From contig CALMEI010000063.1 in the NCBI GenBank assembly GCA_937863225.1, positions 2,137 to 66,136 of the forward strand: 64,000 bases of DNA, given 5' to 3'. Below the pieces are notes generated by a model. That model did not search any database and was not told the origin of the DNA. It saw nothing but the letters and a program-made list of their open reading frames with translations. Below are positions 44,129-54,273 of the stretch, piece after piece; the first letter of the stretch is position 1, and each line of letters begins with the position of its first letter. Origin of the DNA: an uncultured Polaromonas sp. (lineage in GTDB: Bacteria > Pseudomonadota > Gammaproteobacteria > Burkholderiales > Burkholderiaceae_C). Made by a program: the position numbers and the translations under genes.

Positions 44129-44156
44129 CAAGGCTTCAAATGATCTTGAAACCTTG
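44129..44156 (-). promoter_or_regulatory. intercistronic hairpin downstream of the binding-protein gene
   Basis: CAAGGCTTCAA (44129-44139) pairs with TTGAAACCTTG (44146-44156) with one mismatch. It could act as an mRNA-stabilising or attenuating structure. Confidence 0.3.
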
Positions 44157-44209
44157 GCGTTTGATGACTGCCCCCGCTACACGGGTGCGCAGTCAATACG
44201 CCTAGCTAA

Positions 44210-45529
44210 TTAAGATTGGCAATCCGCAGGTGTGCGAGGTGTCAACTTCTTGTCTGCTGCGTATTTTGCAGCAGTGGCTTTAACCAAAGGCTTCAAGATT
44301 TGTTCATCGGCTTGCAACCAGTCAGAGCTGAAGGCCCACTTTTTGCCATCCCATGTGTGCACACGTGCCCAGTTTGAACCCATATGGTCAACACATGATG
44401 TGCTGACGGGGCGCATCACGCCACCGAAACCAGCCGCATCAATTTTGGCTTGCGTCAAGTTCAAGTTTTCCAAGCCCCAACGCACTTGCTCGCCCGTCAT
44501 GACTTTGCCTTTGCCATAACGATCTTGGGCTGAACGAACACCCTCAATCGCCATCATGGCACTCATCGCACCACGCATATACAGCACTTGTCCCACTTCT
44601 TCTTTAGGACCTGTGCCAGCGCCTTTGGCGTGCAATGTCGCCAAAACCTCTTTCACAACTTTGGAGTTTGGCTCTGCACCGTGCTGCATGGTCACAGCGT
44701 TATACCCTTTGGCACCTTCGCCCACGTCTTTGACATCAGGCTCTGCACCTGACCACCATACGCCGTACATTTTTTCACGTGGGTAGCCAGTCGCTTGCGC
44801 TTCTTTGAGGGCGGTGGAATTCATCACACCCCAGCCCCACAACATCACATAATCAGGCTTGGCTTGACGCACTTGCAACCAAGTTGCTTTTTGCTCTACG
44901 CCTGGCGCAGTGACGGGCAACAATTGCAAATCAAAGCCCAACTGGCGTGAGCGCTCTTGCAACAAGGCAATGGGCTCTTTACCATATGGGCTGTCATGGT
45001 AAACCAAGGCGATTTTTTTGCCTTTGAGTTTGTCTAAACCGCCTTCTTTTTTGCCAATGTGCTGTACCAAAGCATCAGCTGCCAACCAATAAGTACCGGC
45101 CAATGGGAAGTTCCACTTAAACACCGTACCGTCTTGGCTTTCGCTGCGGCCATAGCCAGCCGTGATCAGAGGGATTTTGTCGATAGGCGCTTTTTCAGTC
45201 AAAGCAAATGTGGCCCCGGTTGAGAGCGGTTGCACAACCGATGCGCCGCCATTTTTACCCTTCAGGCGTTCATAGCACTCCACACTGCGTGCCGTGTCAT
45301 AGCCAGTTTCGCACTCTTCGTAAGAAATCATGACCTTGTTAATGCCACCACGTGCATTGACCAACTTTAAGTAGTCAACATAGCCATTGGCCCAGGGCGT
45401 GCCATTCGGTGCATAAGCGCCCGTACGGTATGACAAAACAGGGAAAAACTGTGTATTAGCTTGTGCAAAAGCACCAGAACCCACAGCTACCAAAGCGGCC
45501 GCAACCGCCAAATGACGAAGTTTCAACAT
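44210..45529 (-). CDS. ABC transporter periplasmic substrate-binding protein (Leu/Ile/Val-binding family fold)
   Basis: Signal peptide ending in GAFAQ and type I PBP-like sequence. ATG at 45529. Confidence 0.85.
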   Translation of the reverse strand: MLKLRHLAVAAALVAVGSGAFAQANTQFFPVLSYRTGAYAPNGTPWANGYVDYLKLVNARGGINKVMISYEECETGYDTARSVECYERLKGKNGGASVVQPLSTGATFALTEKAPIDKIPLITAGYGRSESQDGTVFKWNFPLAGTYWLAADALVQHIGKKEGGLDKLKGKKIALVYHDSPYGKEPIALLQERSRQLGFDLQLLPVTAPGVEQKATWLQVRQAKPDYVMLWGWGVMNSTALKEAQATGYPREKMYGVWWSGAEPDVKDVGEGAKGYNAVTMQHGAEPNSKVVKEVLATLHAKGAGTGPKEEVGQVLYMRGAMSAMMAIEGVRSAQDRYGKGKVMTGEQVRWGLENLNLTQAKIDAAGFGGVMRPVSTSCVDHMGSNWARVHTWDGKKWAFSSDWLQADEQILKPLVKATAAKYAADKKLTPRTPADCQS

Positions 45530-45634
45530 CACTATCTCCTTTAATACGCACTTTCGTGCTTTTTGGTTAACAAACTACAAACAAAACACAAAGAACCTTC
45601 AAACCTACCCATTCAAAAACATCGGCCCTTTTGC

Positions 45635-46711
45635 TCAATGTGGGAAAGGCCATAACCGCAATTTTTGTTTCGCCACTGACCACAGCTTTGCCAAACCATG
45701 TGGCTCAACAATCAAGAACCAAACAATCAAAGCACCAAAAATCATCAGCTCAGCGTGCGATACGGCCGCTGTTGAGGCCTCAAAACCAAAGAGCCCTCCA
45801 ACAAACGGCAAAAATTGGCTCAAGAAAATGGGTAACAAAACAATGAACGCAGCGCCAAAGAAACTTCCCATGATGGAGCCCATGCCACCGATGATGACCA
45901 TGAATAACAGCTTGAACGAGATATCTACTGAAAAAGCGGCCGGCTCCCAAGCGCCCAAATAGACAAAGCCCCACAAAGCCCCTGCCACGCCAATGATGAA
46001 TGAGCTGACAGCAAACGCACTGAGCTTGGCAAACATGGGACGGATACCAATCACCGCAGCAGCCACGTCCATGTCACGAATGGCCATCCATTCACGCCCA
46101 ATCGCGCTGCGCACCAAATTTTTTGCCATCAACGCTATCAAGGTCAAGATGGTTAAACAAAATAAATATTTGGCAACAGGGCTCTCAATTTCGATGCCAA
46201 AAACCTGCAGCCCTGACACCGAGACCGAACCAGATGGCGAATCGTTGGTGAACCATTTGATGCGTAAAAACATCCAATCGCTGAAAAACTGCGCAGCCAA
46301 TGTGGCCACGGCCAAGTACAAACCTTTCACCCGCAAACTGGGCAAACCAAACAGTATTCCAAATGCAGTTGCGCACAAACCGCCCAGTATCAAAGCCGCA
46401 ATCAAAGGCATGCCGGGTACCCGCACAAAGAAATTAAAAGCCGCATATGCCCCGACCGCCATGAATGCACCCGAGCCCAAGGAAATTTGACCACAATAAC
46501 CGACCAAAATATTCACGCCCAAGGCGGCCAATGACATGATTACAAAAGGAATCAAGATGGCGCGAAACGCATAGTCACTGCCCAACAAGGGCACCGCCAA
46601 GAAAGCAAAGGCGATGATGGCAAGCACTGCCCAACGGTCTTGCGCAATGGGAAATATTTGCTGGTCAGCTCGGTAGCTGGTTTTAAATTGGCCGTTTTCT
46701 CTGTAAAACAT
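45635..46711 (-). CDS. branched-chain-type ABC permease (LivM-like)
   Basis: Polytopic membrane protein with a GQISLGSGAFMAVGAY motif. Confidence 0.85.
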   Translation of the reverse strand: MFYRENGQFKTSYRADQQIFPIAQDRWAVLAIIAFAFLAVPLLGSDYAFRAILIPFVIMSLAALGVNILVGYCGQISLGSGAFMAVGAYAAFNFFVRVPGMPLIAALILGGLCATAFGILFGLPSLRVKGLYLAVATLAAQFFSDWMFLRIKWFTNDSPSGSVSVSGLQVFGIEIESPVAKYLFCLTILTLIALMAKNLVRSAIGREWMAIRDMDVAAAVIGIRPMFAKLSAFAVSSFIIGVAGALWGFVYLGAWEPAAFSVDISFKLLFMVIIGGMGSIMGSFFGAAFIVLLPIFLSQFLPFVGGLFGFEASTAAVSHAELMIFGALIVWFLIVEPHGLAKLWSVAKQKLRLWPFPH

Positions 46712-46739
46712 AGTTTTCTATTCTTTGGGTTAAAGCAAC

Positions 46740-47669
46740 TTAAACGCGGTCGATGATTTTTTCACCAAACAATCCTTGTGGTCGGAACAACAAAAAGACC
46801 AGCGCCAACACATAGGCAAACCAAATCTCAATGCCGCCACCCACATAGGGGCCCAAAAACACTTCTGACAACTTTTCGCCCACACCAATGATCAAGCCCC
46901 CAATAATGGCGCCAGGGACCGATGTTAATCCGCCCAAAATCACCACCGGCAAGGCGCGCAAAGCAATGGTGGTCAATGAAAATTGAACCCCCAACTTGGA
47001 GCCCCAAATCATGCCAGCCACCAAAGCCACCACACCCGCCACGGTCCAGACAATGACCCAAATTCGATTCAAAGGAATGCCAATACTTTGGGCGGCTTGG
47101 TGGTCATCGGCAACCGCGCGCAAAGCACGACCCGTTGCTGTTTTCTGGAAAAACAAACTCAAAGCGGCGACCAATATTGCGGCGATCACGGCCGCATACA
47201 AGTCTTCTTTATTAATGAGCACACCGCCTTCAAACAGGCTTTCAAACATCATGATGGGCTCTTTGGGCATGCCCACATCAATCTTGTAAATGCTGCTGCC
47301 AAAAATGGTTTGTCCCAAACCATCCAAGAAATAGCTGATACCCAATGTGGCCATTAACAAGGTGGTGCCTTCCTGATTCACCAAATGCCGCAAGGCCAGA
47401 AACTCAATCAACCAAGCCACCGCCCACATCATGAGCGCTGCAATGGCAAAGGCCGCAATGTTGGCAATGACCGGGCTTTCAACGCCGGTCCAGATTGGAA
47501 TCCATTCGGCGAAACGCGCCATCGCCAACGCTGCAAACAGCACCATGGCGCCTTGTGCAAAATTGAATACGCCAGATGCCTTGAAAATCAAGACAAAGCC
47601 TAACGCGACCAGCGAGTACAACATGCCCGCCATCAAACCACCCAACAATGTTTCTAGAAAAAATCCCAT
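46740..47669 (-). CDS. branched-chain-type ABC permease (LivH-like)
   Basis: Polytopic membrane protein with a GVFNFAQGAMVLFAA motif. Confidence 0.85.
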   Translation of the reverse strand: MGFFLETLLGGLMAGMLYSLVALGFVLIFKASGVFNFAQGAMVLFAALAMARFAEWIPIWTGVESPVIANIAAFAIAALMMWAVAWLIEFLALRHLVNQEGTTLLMATLGISYFLDGLGQTIFGSSIYKIDVGMPKEPIMMFESLFEGGVLINKEDLYAAVIAAILVAALSLFFQKTATGRALRAVADDHQAAQSIGIPLNRIWVIVWTVAGVVALVAGMIWGSKLGVQFSLTTIALRALPVVILGGLTSVPGAIIGGLIIGVGEKLSEVFLGPYVGGGIEIWFAYVLALVFLLFRPQGLFGEKIIDRV

Positions 47670-47672
47670 GAT

Positions 47673-48461
47673 TTAATGTCCCGTTCCTAAATAGGCGCTG
47701 ATCACCTCTGGGTTGTTGCGCACCTCGTCGGGTGTGCCATCACCGATTTTTTTACCATAGTCCAGCACCACCACGCGGTCTGAAATATCCATCACCACAC
47801 CCATGTCGTGCTCAATCAACACCACGGTGGTACCGTATTCGTCATTGATGTCCAGCACAAAGCGACTCATGTCTTGTTTTTCTTCCAAGTTCATGCCGGC
47901 CATGGGCTCATCCAACAGCAACACTTTGGGCTCCATCGCCAAGGCACGGCCTAAGTCGACACGCTTTTGCAAGCCATAAGGCAATTGACCCACAGGGGTT
48001 TTGCGATAGGCTTGAATTTCCAAAAAGTCGATGATGTGTTCCACAAATTCACGGTGTTGCAACTCTTCTTTTTCAGCAGGCCCTAGGCGCAACGCTTGCA
48101 TGAATAAATTGCTTTTGATGCGCAAGTTACGGCCTGTCATGATGTTGTCAATCACACTCATGCCTTTGAACAAAGCCAAGTTTTGAAAGGTGCGTGCGAT
48201 GCCCATGGTGGCCACTTGGTGACTGTCCATGTGACCGAACGTTTTGCCTTTGAAGGTGATGCTGCCTTGTGTGGGCGTATAGACACCATTGATGCAGTTC
48301 AGCATGGAACTTTTACCTGCACCGTTGGGGCCAATGATGGCGCGAATTTCATGCTCGCGCACGTCAAAAGAAATATCGGTCAGCGCCTTGACGCCACCAA
48401 AGGAGAGGCTGATGTTATGCACGTCAAGTATGACGTCACCAATTTTTTTCTGGTTACTCAT
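47673..48461 (-). CDS. ABC transporter ATP-binding protein (LivG-like)
   Basis: GPNGAGKSS and LLLDEPMAGMN motifs. Confidence 0.9.
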   Translation of the reverse strand: MSNQKKIGDVILDVHNISLSFGGVKALTDISFDVREHEIRAIIGPNGAGKSSMLNCINGVYTPTQGSITFKGKTFGHMDSHQVATMGIARTFQNLALFKGMSVIDNIMTGRNLRIKSNLFMQALRLGPAEKEELQHREFVEHIIDFLEIQAYRKTPVGQLPYGLQKRVDLGRALAMEPKVLLLDEPMAGMNLEEKQDMSRFVLDINDEYGTTVVLIEHDMGVVMDISDRVVVLDYGKKIGDGTPDEVRNNPEVISAYLGTGH

Positions 48462-48463
48462 GT

Positions 48464-50410
48464 TTATGCTGCTGCTTTCACGGGGGCGTAAATGGTGGCA
48501 TCTACCAATTTAAGGGTGGCGCTGACACTGCCGGTGCGCCCGTCTTCAAACTTCACCACGGTTTCGATAAATTGTTCGGTTTTGCCTTCGTACAGGCCAT
48601 CCACCAACGCTTGGTATTTTTCGGCGATAAAGCCTCGGCGCACTTTGTTGGTTCGTGTTAATTCGCCATCATCGGCGTCCAGCTCTTTGTGCAACACCAA
48701 AAAGCGGCTGACTTGGCTGCCCGCCAGCAAGGTGTCTGCGCTCAAGTCGGCATTGACTTTTTCTACGCACTCTTTGATGAGCTCGTAGACCTCTGGCTTT
48801 TGCGCCAAATCGGTGTAACCGGCATAAGGCAAATTGCGACGCTCAGCCCAATTGCCCACCGCCTCCATGTCGATGTTGATCATGACGCAAACTTTTTCAC
48901 GTCCGTCACCATAAGCCACCACCTCTTTGATGTGGGGGAAAAACTTGAGTTTGTTTTCGACGTATTTGGGCGCAAACATTGCGCCGTCAAATGCACCGCC
49001 TTTGATGCGGCCCACATCTTTCACGCGGTCAATGATTTTCAAGTGCCCGTGCGCATCCAAAAAGCCCGCATCGCTGGTGTGGTACCAACCGCCATCGGTT
49101 AACACCTCATCGGTGGCGGCTTGGTTTTTGTAATAGCCTTTGAACAAACCGGGAGACTTCACCAAAATTTCACCGTTGTCTTGCACTTTGATTTCTACAC
49201 CAATGCTGGGCACGCCCACCGTGTCTGCCCATGCTTGGTTATCGGGTTGTTGGCACACAAACACGGCCGTTTCGGTTGAGCCATACAGTTGCTTCAAGTT
49301 GATGCCAATCGAACGGTAAAAGGTAAACAAGTCCGGTCCAATCGCTTCACCCGCTGTATAGGCCACGCGCACACGGCTCATGCCCAAGTTATTGCGCAGC
49401 GGCCCATACACCAACCAGTTGCCCAAACCATAAATGAGGCGATCCACCATGCCAACCGATTTGCCGTCCATCAATGCGGGGCCGACTTTTTTGGCTTTGG
49501 CCATGAAGTAATGGAACATCTTGCGCTTGAGTGCACCCGCGTCTTCCATGCGAATCATCACGCTGGTGAGCAAACCTTCAAACACCCTGGGGGGCGCAAA
49601 GTAATAAGTTGGCCCGATTTCTTTCAAGTCAATCGTTACCGTGCTGGTGGATTCGGGGCAGTTCACCACATAGCCACAAGCAAGCCATTGCGTGTAGCTG
49701 AAAATATTTTGCCCAACCCAAGCGGGTGGCAAATACGCCAGCACATCCTCTGCACTGCTCAGTTTGTCAAATTTGGCGCCAGACTGTGCGGCCGATAACA
49801 AACTGTGGTGCGTGTGCACAACCCCTTTTGGGTTACCTGTGGTGCCCGATGTAAAGAACATCGCCGCCACATCGGTCGGTTTGGCTATTTCAACTTCGGT
49901 TTTGAAAAACTCGGTATGCAACTCTGCAAACACCTTGCCAGCGGCAATCAACTCATCCAGCGACGCCAAGCCCAGCACATCGTATTTGCGCAACCCACGT
50001 GGGTCATCAAAATAAATGTGCGTCAACTGCGGGCATTGGTCACGCACTTCCAGCAATTTGTCGACCTGCTCTTGGTCTTCGGCAAAGGCAAAGCGCACTT
50101 CCGCGTTGTTGATGGGAAACACACATTCCGCAGCGGCTGCATCTTGGTACAGTGGAATCGGTATCGCACCCAAAGCTTGCACCGCCAACATGGTGGCATA
50201 CAAGCGTGGACGGTTTGCGCCCACCACAACCATGTGCTCGCCGCGCATCAAACCTGCTTGGTGTAACCCTGCTGCGATGTGCTGCACACTGGCCAACAAG
50301 TCTGCCCACGACAAAGCCTGCCACACCCCATATTCTTTTTCGCGCATGGCGGTTGCCTGCGGGCGCTCGGCAGCATGCTGTAAGAGAAGTTGAACAAACG
50401 TGGTTTGCAT
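48464..50410 (-). CDS. AMP-dependent acyl-CoA ligase (long-chain-fatty-acid-CoA ligase-like)
   Basis: FTSGTTGNPKGV AMP-binding motif; 648 aa. It is the first gene of the transporter cluster. Confidence 0.85.
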   Translation of the reverse strand: MQTTFVQLLLQHAAERPQATAMREKEYGVWQALSWADLLASVQHIAAGLHQAGLMRGEHMVVVGANRPRLYATMLAVQALGAIPIPLYQDAAAAECVFPINNAEVRFAFAEDQEQVDKLLEVRDQCPQLTHIYFDDPRGLRKYDVLGLASLDELIAAGKVFAELHTEFFKTEVEIAKPTDVAAMFFTSGTTGNPKGVVHTHHSLLSAAQSGAKFDKLSSAEDVLAYLPPAWVGQNIFSYTQWLACGYVVNCPESTSTVTIDLKEIGPTYYFAPPRVFEGLLTSVMIRMEDAGALKRKMFHYFMAKAKKVGPALMDGKSVGMVDRLIYGLGNWLVYGPLRNNLGMSRVRVAYTAGEAIGPDLFTFYRSIGINLKQLYGSTETAVFVCQQPDNQAWADTVGVPSIGVEIKVQDNGEILVKSPGLFKGYYKNQAATDEVLTDGGWYHTSDAGFLDAHGHLKIIDRVKDVGRIKGGAFDGAMFAPKYVENKLKFFPHIKEVVAYGDGREKVCVMINIDMEAVGNWAERRNLPYAGYTDLAQKPEVYELIKECVEKVNADLSADTLLAGSQVSRFLVLHKELDADDGELTRTNKVRRGFIAEKYQALVDGLYEGKTEQFIETVVKFEDGRTGSVSATLKLVDATIYAPVKAAA

Positions 50411-50623
50411 CGTCGCGATATCCTTTTAGATTCTGTATTTGCAGAATGGGCCAAATTGAAGCCGAATATTAAGCCCCGATTTGACGTTAGGTTGTCATTT
50501 GAGCGACAATTGAGCCCTCTGTTCACTAGGACTTTCCCTAGTTTCGCCGTCATTCCGCTTTAAATTGTTCACTTATTTGTTCTGCATCAAACACGATCAC
50601 AGCTTCAAACCCGGCACACACAC

Positions 50624-51331
50624 ATGGCCATCGAGTTATCACTGCATCAACGCCGTCGCCCTCCCAGCCAACAAGAACTGGACGCCATTCCTTGGCTCAA
50701 CACCCTAGAGGGCAAAGTGCAGCAACGCGCCATCAACGACATGGCCGTGACACAAGCCAACACCGGCGACATCGTGTGCCGCATGGGGCGACCCGTCACC
50801 TATTGGTTTGGCTTGATCGAAGGCTTGCTGAAAATGAGCACCGACAATGCCATGGGGCAAACCATGACCTTTACCGGCGTGCCGCCCGGTGGCTGGTTTG
50901 GCGAAGGCACCGTACTCAAACGCGAACCGTACCGCTACAACATCCAAGCCCTGCGAAAAAGCGTGGTGGCTGGCATCCCCATTGACACCTTTGACTGGCT
51001 GTTGGACAACTCGATTGGGTTTAACCGCTTTGTGATGTTGCAGCTCAACGAGCGATTGGGTCAATTCATTGCCGCGCGCGAGATCGACCGCATGAACAAC
51101 CCAGACATCCGCGTGGCGCGCAGCTTGGCGGCCCTGTTTAACCCCATTCTTTACCCCGGCGTGGGCGAGGTGTTGCGCATCACACAGCAAGAGCTGGCCT
51201 ATTTGGTAGGCCTGTCGCGCCAGCGCGTCAACGAAGCACTGACCAACTTGTCCGACCAAGGCACCATCAAGGTTGAATACGGCGGCTTGCGGGTGCTGGA
51301 TTTATACGCTTTGCGGACGCGCAATTTTTAA
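50624..51331 (+). CDS. Crp/Fnr-family transcriptional regulator
   Basis: cNMP-binding-like beta-roll (GWFGEGTVLK) plus a C-terminal HTH (ITQQELAYLVGLSRQRVNEAL). Confidence 0.85.
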   Translation: MAIELSLHQRRRPPSQQELDAIPWLNTLEGKVQQRAINDMAVTQANTGDIVCRMGRPVTYWFGLIEGLLKMSTDNAMGQTMTFTGVPPGGWFGEGTVLKREPYRYNIQALRKSVVAGIPIDTFDWLLDNSIGFNRFVMLQLNERLGQFIAAREIDRMNNPDIRVARSLAALFNPILYPGVGEVLRITQQELAYLVGLSRQRVNEALTNLSDQGTIKVEYGGLRVLDLYALRTRNF

Positions 51332-51353
51332 GCAGTGCGCTATCATCAGCACC

Positions 51354-51782
51354 ATGAGCACCACCTACAACGCAGACTACTTCAATCAATTTGGCGTCAA
51401 CCATTTGCCCGGGCACTTGGGCATCGTCATCACCGACGTCAGCGGCAAACAGGCCGTCGCTGAAATGCCAGTCAAACCCCAATTGATGGCACCCAACGGC
51501 TTTTTGCATGCCGGCAGCATCGTCACGCTGGCCGACACCTGCGCGGGCTACGGCTGCGTTGCCAACCTGCCCGCAGGCGCCAAAGGCTTTACCACCATCG
51601 AGCCAAAATCCAACCACCCGGCCACGCGGCGCGAAGGCCCCGTCAGCTGCACCGCCACGGCCATTCACTTGGGTAGAAACACCCACGTCTGGGACGCCGT
51701 CGTCACCGACAAAACCACCGGCAAAACGCTGGCGTTGTTCCGCTGCACACAAATGATTCTCTACCCCCAAGCCAGCGCTTAA
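51354..51782 (+). CDS. PaaI-family hotdog thioesterase
   Basis: ATG at 51354 inside ORF 51273..51782. NGFLHAGSIVTLADT motif. Confidence 0.75.
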   Translation: MSTTYNADYFNQFGVNHLPGHLGIVITDVSGKQAVAEMPVKPQLMAPNGFLHAGSIVTLADTCAGYGCVANLPAGAKGFTTIEPKSNHPATRREGPVSCTATAIHLGRNTHVWDAVVTDKTTGKTLALFRCTQMILYPQASA

Positions 51783-51785
51783 GTC

Positions 51786-51854
51786 AAAAATATATGACAA
51801 ATCGACCTCTAGCCGGCATGGTTATTGCCTAGAGTGCTATTAAATCAGTAGCAA
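51786..51854. repeat. dispersed 65-70 bp repeat family, intergenic copy
   Basis: AAAAATATATGACAAATCGACCTCTAGCCGGCATGGTTATTGCCTAGAGTGCTATTAAATCAGTAGCA lies between convergent stops (51782 and 51869). Confidence 0.8.
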
Positions 51855-51868
51855 GCCAAGTCTTCTCA

Positions 51869-52717
51869 TCAAACCTTCTCCAACGCCAGCAAACCGGTTG
51901 CGGTATTGGAGATGGGGATGTGGTAGTTGCTGTGGACTTTGCGGACGCCTGCGCCGTTGCCTGCTGTTAGAGCGGCGCGCATGGCGAGCCACATCAGCAG
52001 TTCCACGCCTTGGGTACCGGTTTTTTCGACCAGCTCGTGGATGCTGAATTGCGTCGCCCATTCGGGGTTGGATTGCAGGCTTTCTAAAAACTGCAAGTCA
52101 AAGGCTTTGTTGATAAAGCCAGCGCGTTCGCCGTCCAACTGGTGGCTGAGACCGCCAGAGCCGATGAAGGCGACTTTTTTGTTGCTGTCCCAAGCGGCAA
52201 CGGCTTCGCCCACGGCCTTGCCCAGCGCGTACACGCGGCTGGCTTTGGGCAGCGGAAACTGCACGGTGTTGATGCAGATGGGCACCACGGTAACGGGGCA
52301 GTCACCTTCGGGCCACAGCAATTTGAGTGGCAATGTGCAAGCGTGGTCGACCAGCATTTCTTGGCAAGTGACAATGTCAAACTCTTTGTCGATGAGGTGG
52401 TTAACAATCTGCCATGACAAGTCAACTTCGCCTTTGAAGGGCGGCAGCGTGGGAATGCCCCAACCTTCGTCGGCATTGTTGTACTGCGCCGCGGCGCCCA
52501 CGGCAAAGGTGGGCATTTTGTCCAAAAAGAAGTTCAGGCCGTGGTCGTTGTAAAAAATCACCACCACATCGGGCTTGACTTTGCCCAGCCATTCGCGCAC
52601 CGGTGGAAAGCCGTCAAAAAAAGGCTTCCAATACGGCTCTTGCTGAAGTCCTTTGTGAATGGCGCCGCCAATGGCGGGTATGTGTGATGTGCCGATGCTG
52701 CCAATGAGTTGGGCCAT
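51869..52717 (-). CDS. ligB: class III extradiol dioxygenase beta subunit (protocatechuate 4,5-dioxygenase LigB-like)
   Basis: IGTSHIPAIG...VVIFYNDHG...KMPTFAVG LigB-type sequence. Confidence 0.8.
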   Translation of the reverse strand: MAQLIGSIGTSHIPAIGGAIHKGLQQEPYWKPFFDGFPPVREWLGKVKPDVVVIFYNDHGLNFFLDKMPTFAVGAAAQYNNADEGWGIPTLPPFKGEVDLSWQIVNHLIDKEFDIVTCQEMLVDHACTLPLKLLWPEGDCPVTVVPICINTVQFPLPKASRVYALGKAVGEAVAAWDSNKKVAFIGSGGLSHQLDGERAGFINKAFDLQFLESLQSNPEWATQFSIHELVEKTGTQGVELLMWLAMRAALTAGNGAGVRKVHSNYHIPISNTATGLLALEKV

Positions 52718-52763
52718 GGTGGTGGTGTCCTTTTCTAGTCGATGCTTATGGGGTTTGATGTGT

Positions 52764-53120
52764 TTAACACTGCTGGTTAGCGGCGACCAGCTTGGCGCAA
52801 AACTCTTCTTTGCTCATGCCGGTTTGCTGTGCGCCAATGTCTTGCATGTTCAGCCCAAAAATGCCGGCAAATTTGGCCAAGTAATAGGCATTGCCACCCG
52901 CTGCAATCAGCTGCAACACGTTTTTGGCACGAATGGCCGCGGCTTGGGTTTCGGTTAAGTGGTATTTGCGCATATAGGCTTCTTCGTCTTGCAAAAATTC
53001 GGCGCGGCATTCGGCTGCGTTAAACGAGAAACACATTTTGTTCAGCGCGTAGCCTTTTTTGGCTTGCTCGCCATCAAAAGGGGTGGTGCCAAAAATGGGT
53101 GGCAGTGTGGTTTGCGTCAT
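52764..53120 (-). CDS. ligA: protocatechuate 4,5-dioxygenase alpha subunit (LigA-like)
   Basis: ATG at 53120 inside ORF 52764..53186. GYALNKMCFSFN...FLQDEEAYMRKY LigA-type sequence. Confidence 0.75.
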   Translation of the reverse strand: MTQTTLPPIFGTTPFDGEQAKKGYALNKMCFSFNAAECRAEFLQDEEAYMRKYHLTETQAAAIRAKNVLQLIAAGGNAYYLAKFAGIFGLNMQDIGAQQTGMSKEEFCAKLVAANQQC

Positions 53121-53192
53121 GAAATCTCTCCAAATCGAAAATAAGTGCCAGCAGTATGCGTGGGCTATTGCAAAAGATACAGACATGAATCA

Positions 53193-53220
53193 TCATCAAA
53201 CACATGAGCAATTTTGATGA
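53193..53220. promoter_or_regulatory. interrupted dyad in the ligA/LysR divergent promoter region, candidate LysR-type operator
   Basis: TCATCAAA-N12-TTTGATGA is a perfect 8 bp inverted repeat between the divergent starts at 53120 and 53246. Confidence 0.4.
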
Positions 53221-53245
53221 ATAAACTCAAGAATAAAACTCAACC

Positions 53246-54148
53246 ATGACAATTACCAAAGACTTTGCAGACCTGGATGGTCGGCTCCTAAAGCTGCTGT
53301 TGGCGGTGGTAGAGACTGGCTCCATCACCGCGGCGGCCGTGCAACTGGGGGTCACCCAATCGGCGGTGAGCCATTTGCTGGACAAGCTGCGCGCCATCAC
53401 GGGCGACCCATTGTTTGTGAAATCGGGGCGCGGCATTGTGGCCACACAGCGTGCCCTGCTGCTGGCCGTGCAAGCCCGCGAATTGTTGTCTGGCATGGAG
53501 CGCTTTGCCCTGTCAGGCGATTTTGTGCCCGCACGTTGGAAAACCACCTTCACCATCGCCGCCAATGATTTTCAGCGCGATGTGCTGCTGCCGCCCTTGA
53601 TGCAAATCTTGCGCGAGCAAGCACCGCAGGTGGTGCTGCGCGTGATTCCTTCTGGCATACCCAGCTTAGAAATGCTGCGCAACGAACATTGTCAACTGGT
53701 CATCAGCCCACGCCCGCCGGATGGCACCGACATTGTGCAAAAGCGTTTGTTTGTCGACAAATACCGCGTGTTTTACGACGCCAGCCAGCGCGATGCGCCC
53801 AAAAACAAAGCCGAGTATCTGAATGCCGAACACATCACCGTGGTGTACGAGCCCAAACGCGCTTTGGACATCGACCAATGGCTGTTGGCGCGCGGTGTGC
53901 AGCGGCAGTTTCGTGTGCTGGTGCCGGGCTTTGCCGGCATAGCGCCCTTTATCCGCGGCAGCCACATGCTGGCCACTGTGCCCGGCTTGCTGCAATCGCA
54001 TTTGTTAAACGGCTTGGCATCCTGCCCCGTCCCCGTGGCCTGCCCACCCATGCCCATGTACATGATCTGGCACCAACGCCACCACCTCGACGCAGCGCAC
54101 CAATGGCTGCGCGGCCAACTGGCGGGAATTAAGGCTTTGTTGATTTGA
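53246..54148 (+). CDS. LysR-family transcriptional regulator
   Basis: N-terminal HTH (LKLLLAVVETGSITAAAVQLGVTQSAVSHLL) plus a LysR substrate-binding domain. Confidence 0.9.
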   Translation: MTITKDFADLDGRLLKLLLAVVETGSITAAAVQLGVTQSAVSHLLDKLRAITGDPLFVKSGRGIVATQRALLLAVQARELLSGMERFALSGDFVPARWKTTFTIAANDFQRDVLLPPLMQILREQAPQVVLRVIPSGIPSLEMLRNEHCQLVISPRPPDGTDIVQKRLFVDKYRVFYDASQRDAPKNKAEYLNAEHITVVYEPKRALDIDQWLLARGVQRQFRVLVPGFAGIAPFIRGSHMLATVPGLLQSHLLNGLASCPVPVACPPMPMYMIWHQRHHLDAAHQWLRGQLAGIKALLI

Positions 54149-54273
54149 AGTAATGCGGCGCTGGGTCAGCATTGCATGTTACCGTGCTTGCTGCACAGTA
54201 TGTCAAGCGGCTACCTTCATACTATGGGCTGCAATGCCCACGACGGAGGCGGGCAATTGTATTGGTAACTTAC

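Noticed and set aside
50492-50509. TTGTC-N8-GACAA dyad upstream of the Crp/Fnr regulator gene as an FNR/CRP box.
   Set aside because: It matches neither TTGAT-N4-ATCAA nor TGTGA-N6-TCACA. A 5 bp dyad is expected by chance in a 200 bp intergenic region.
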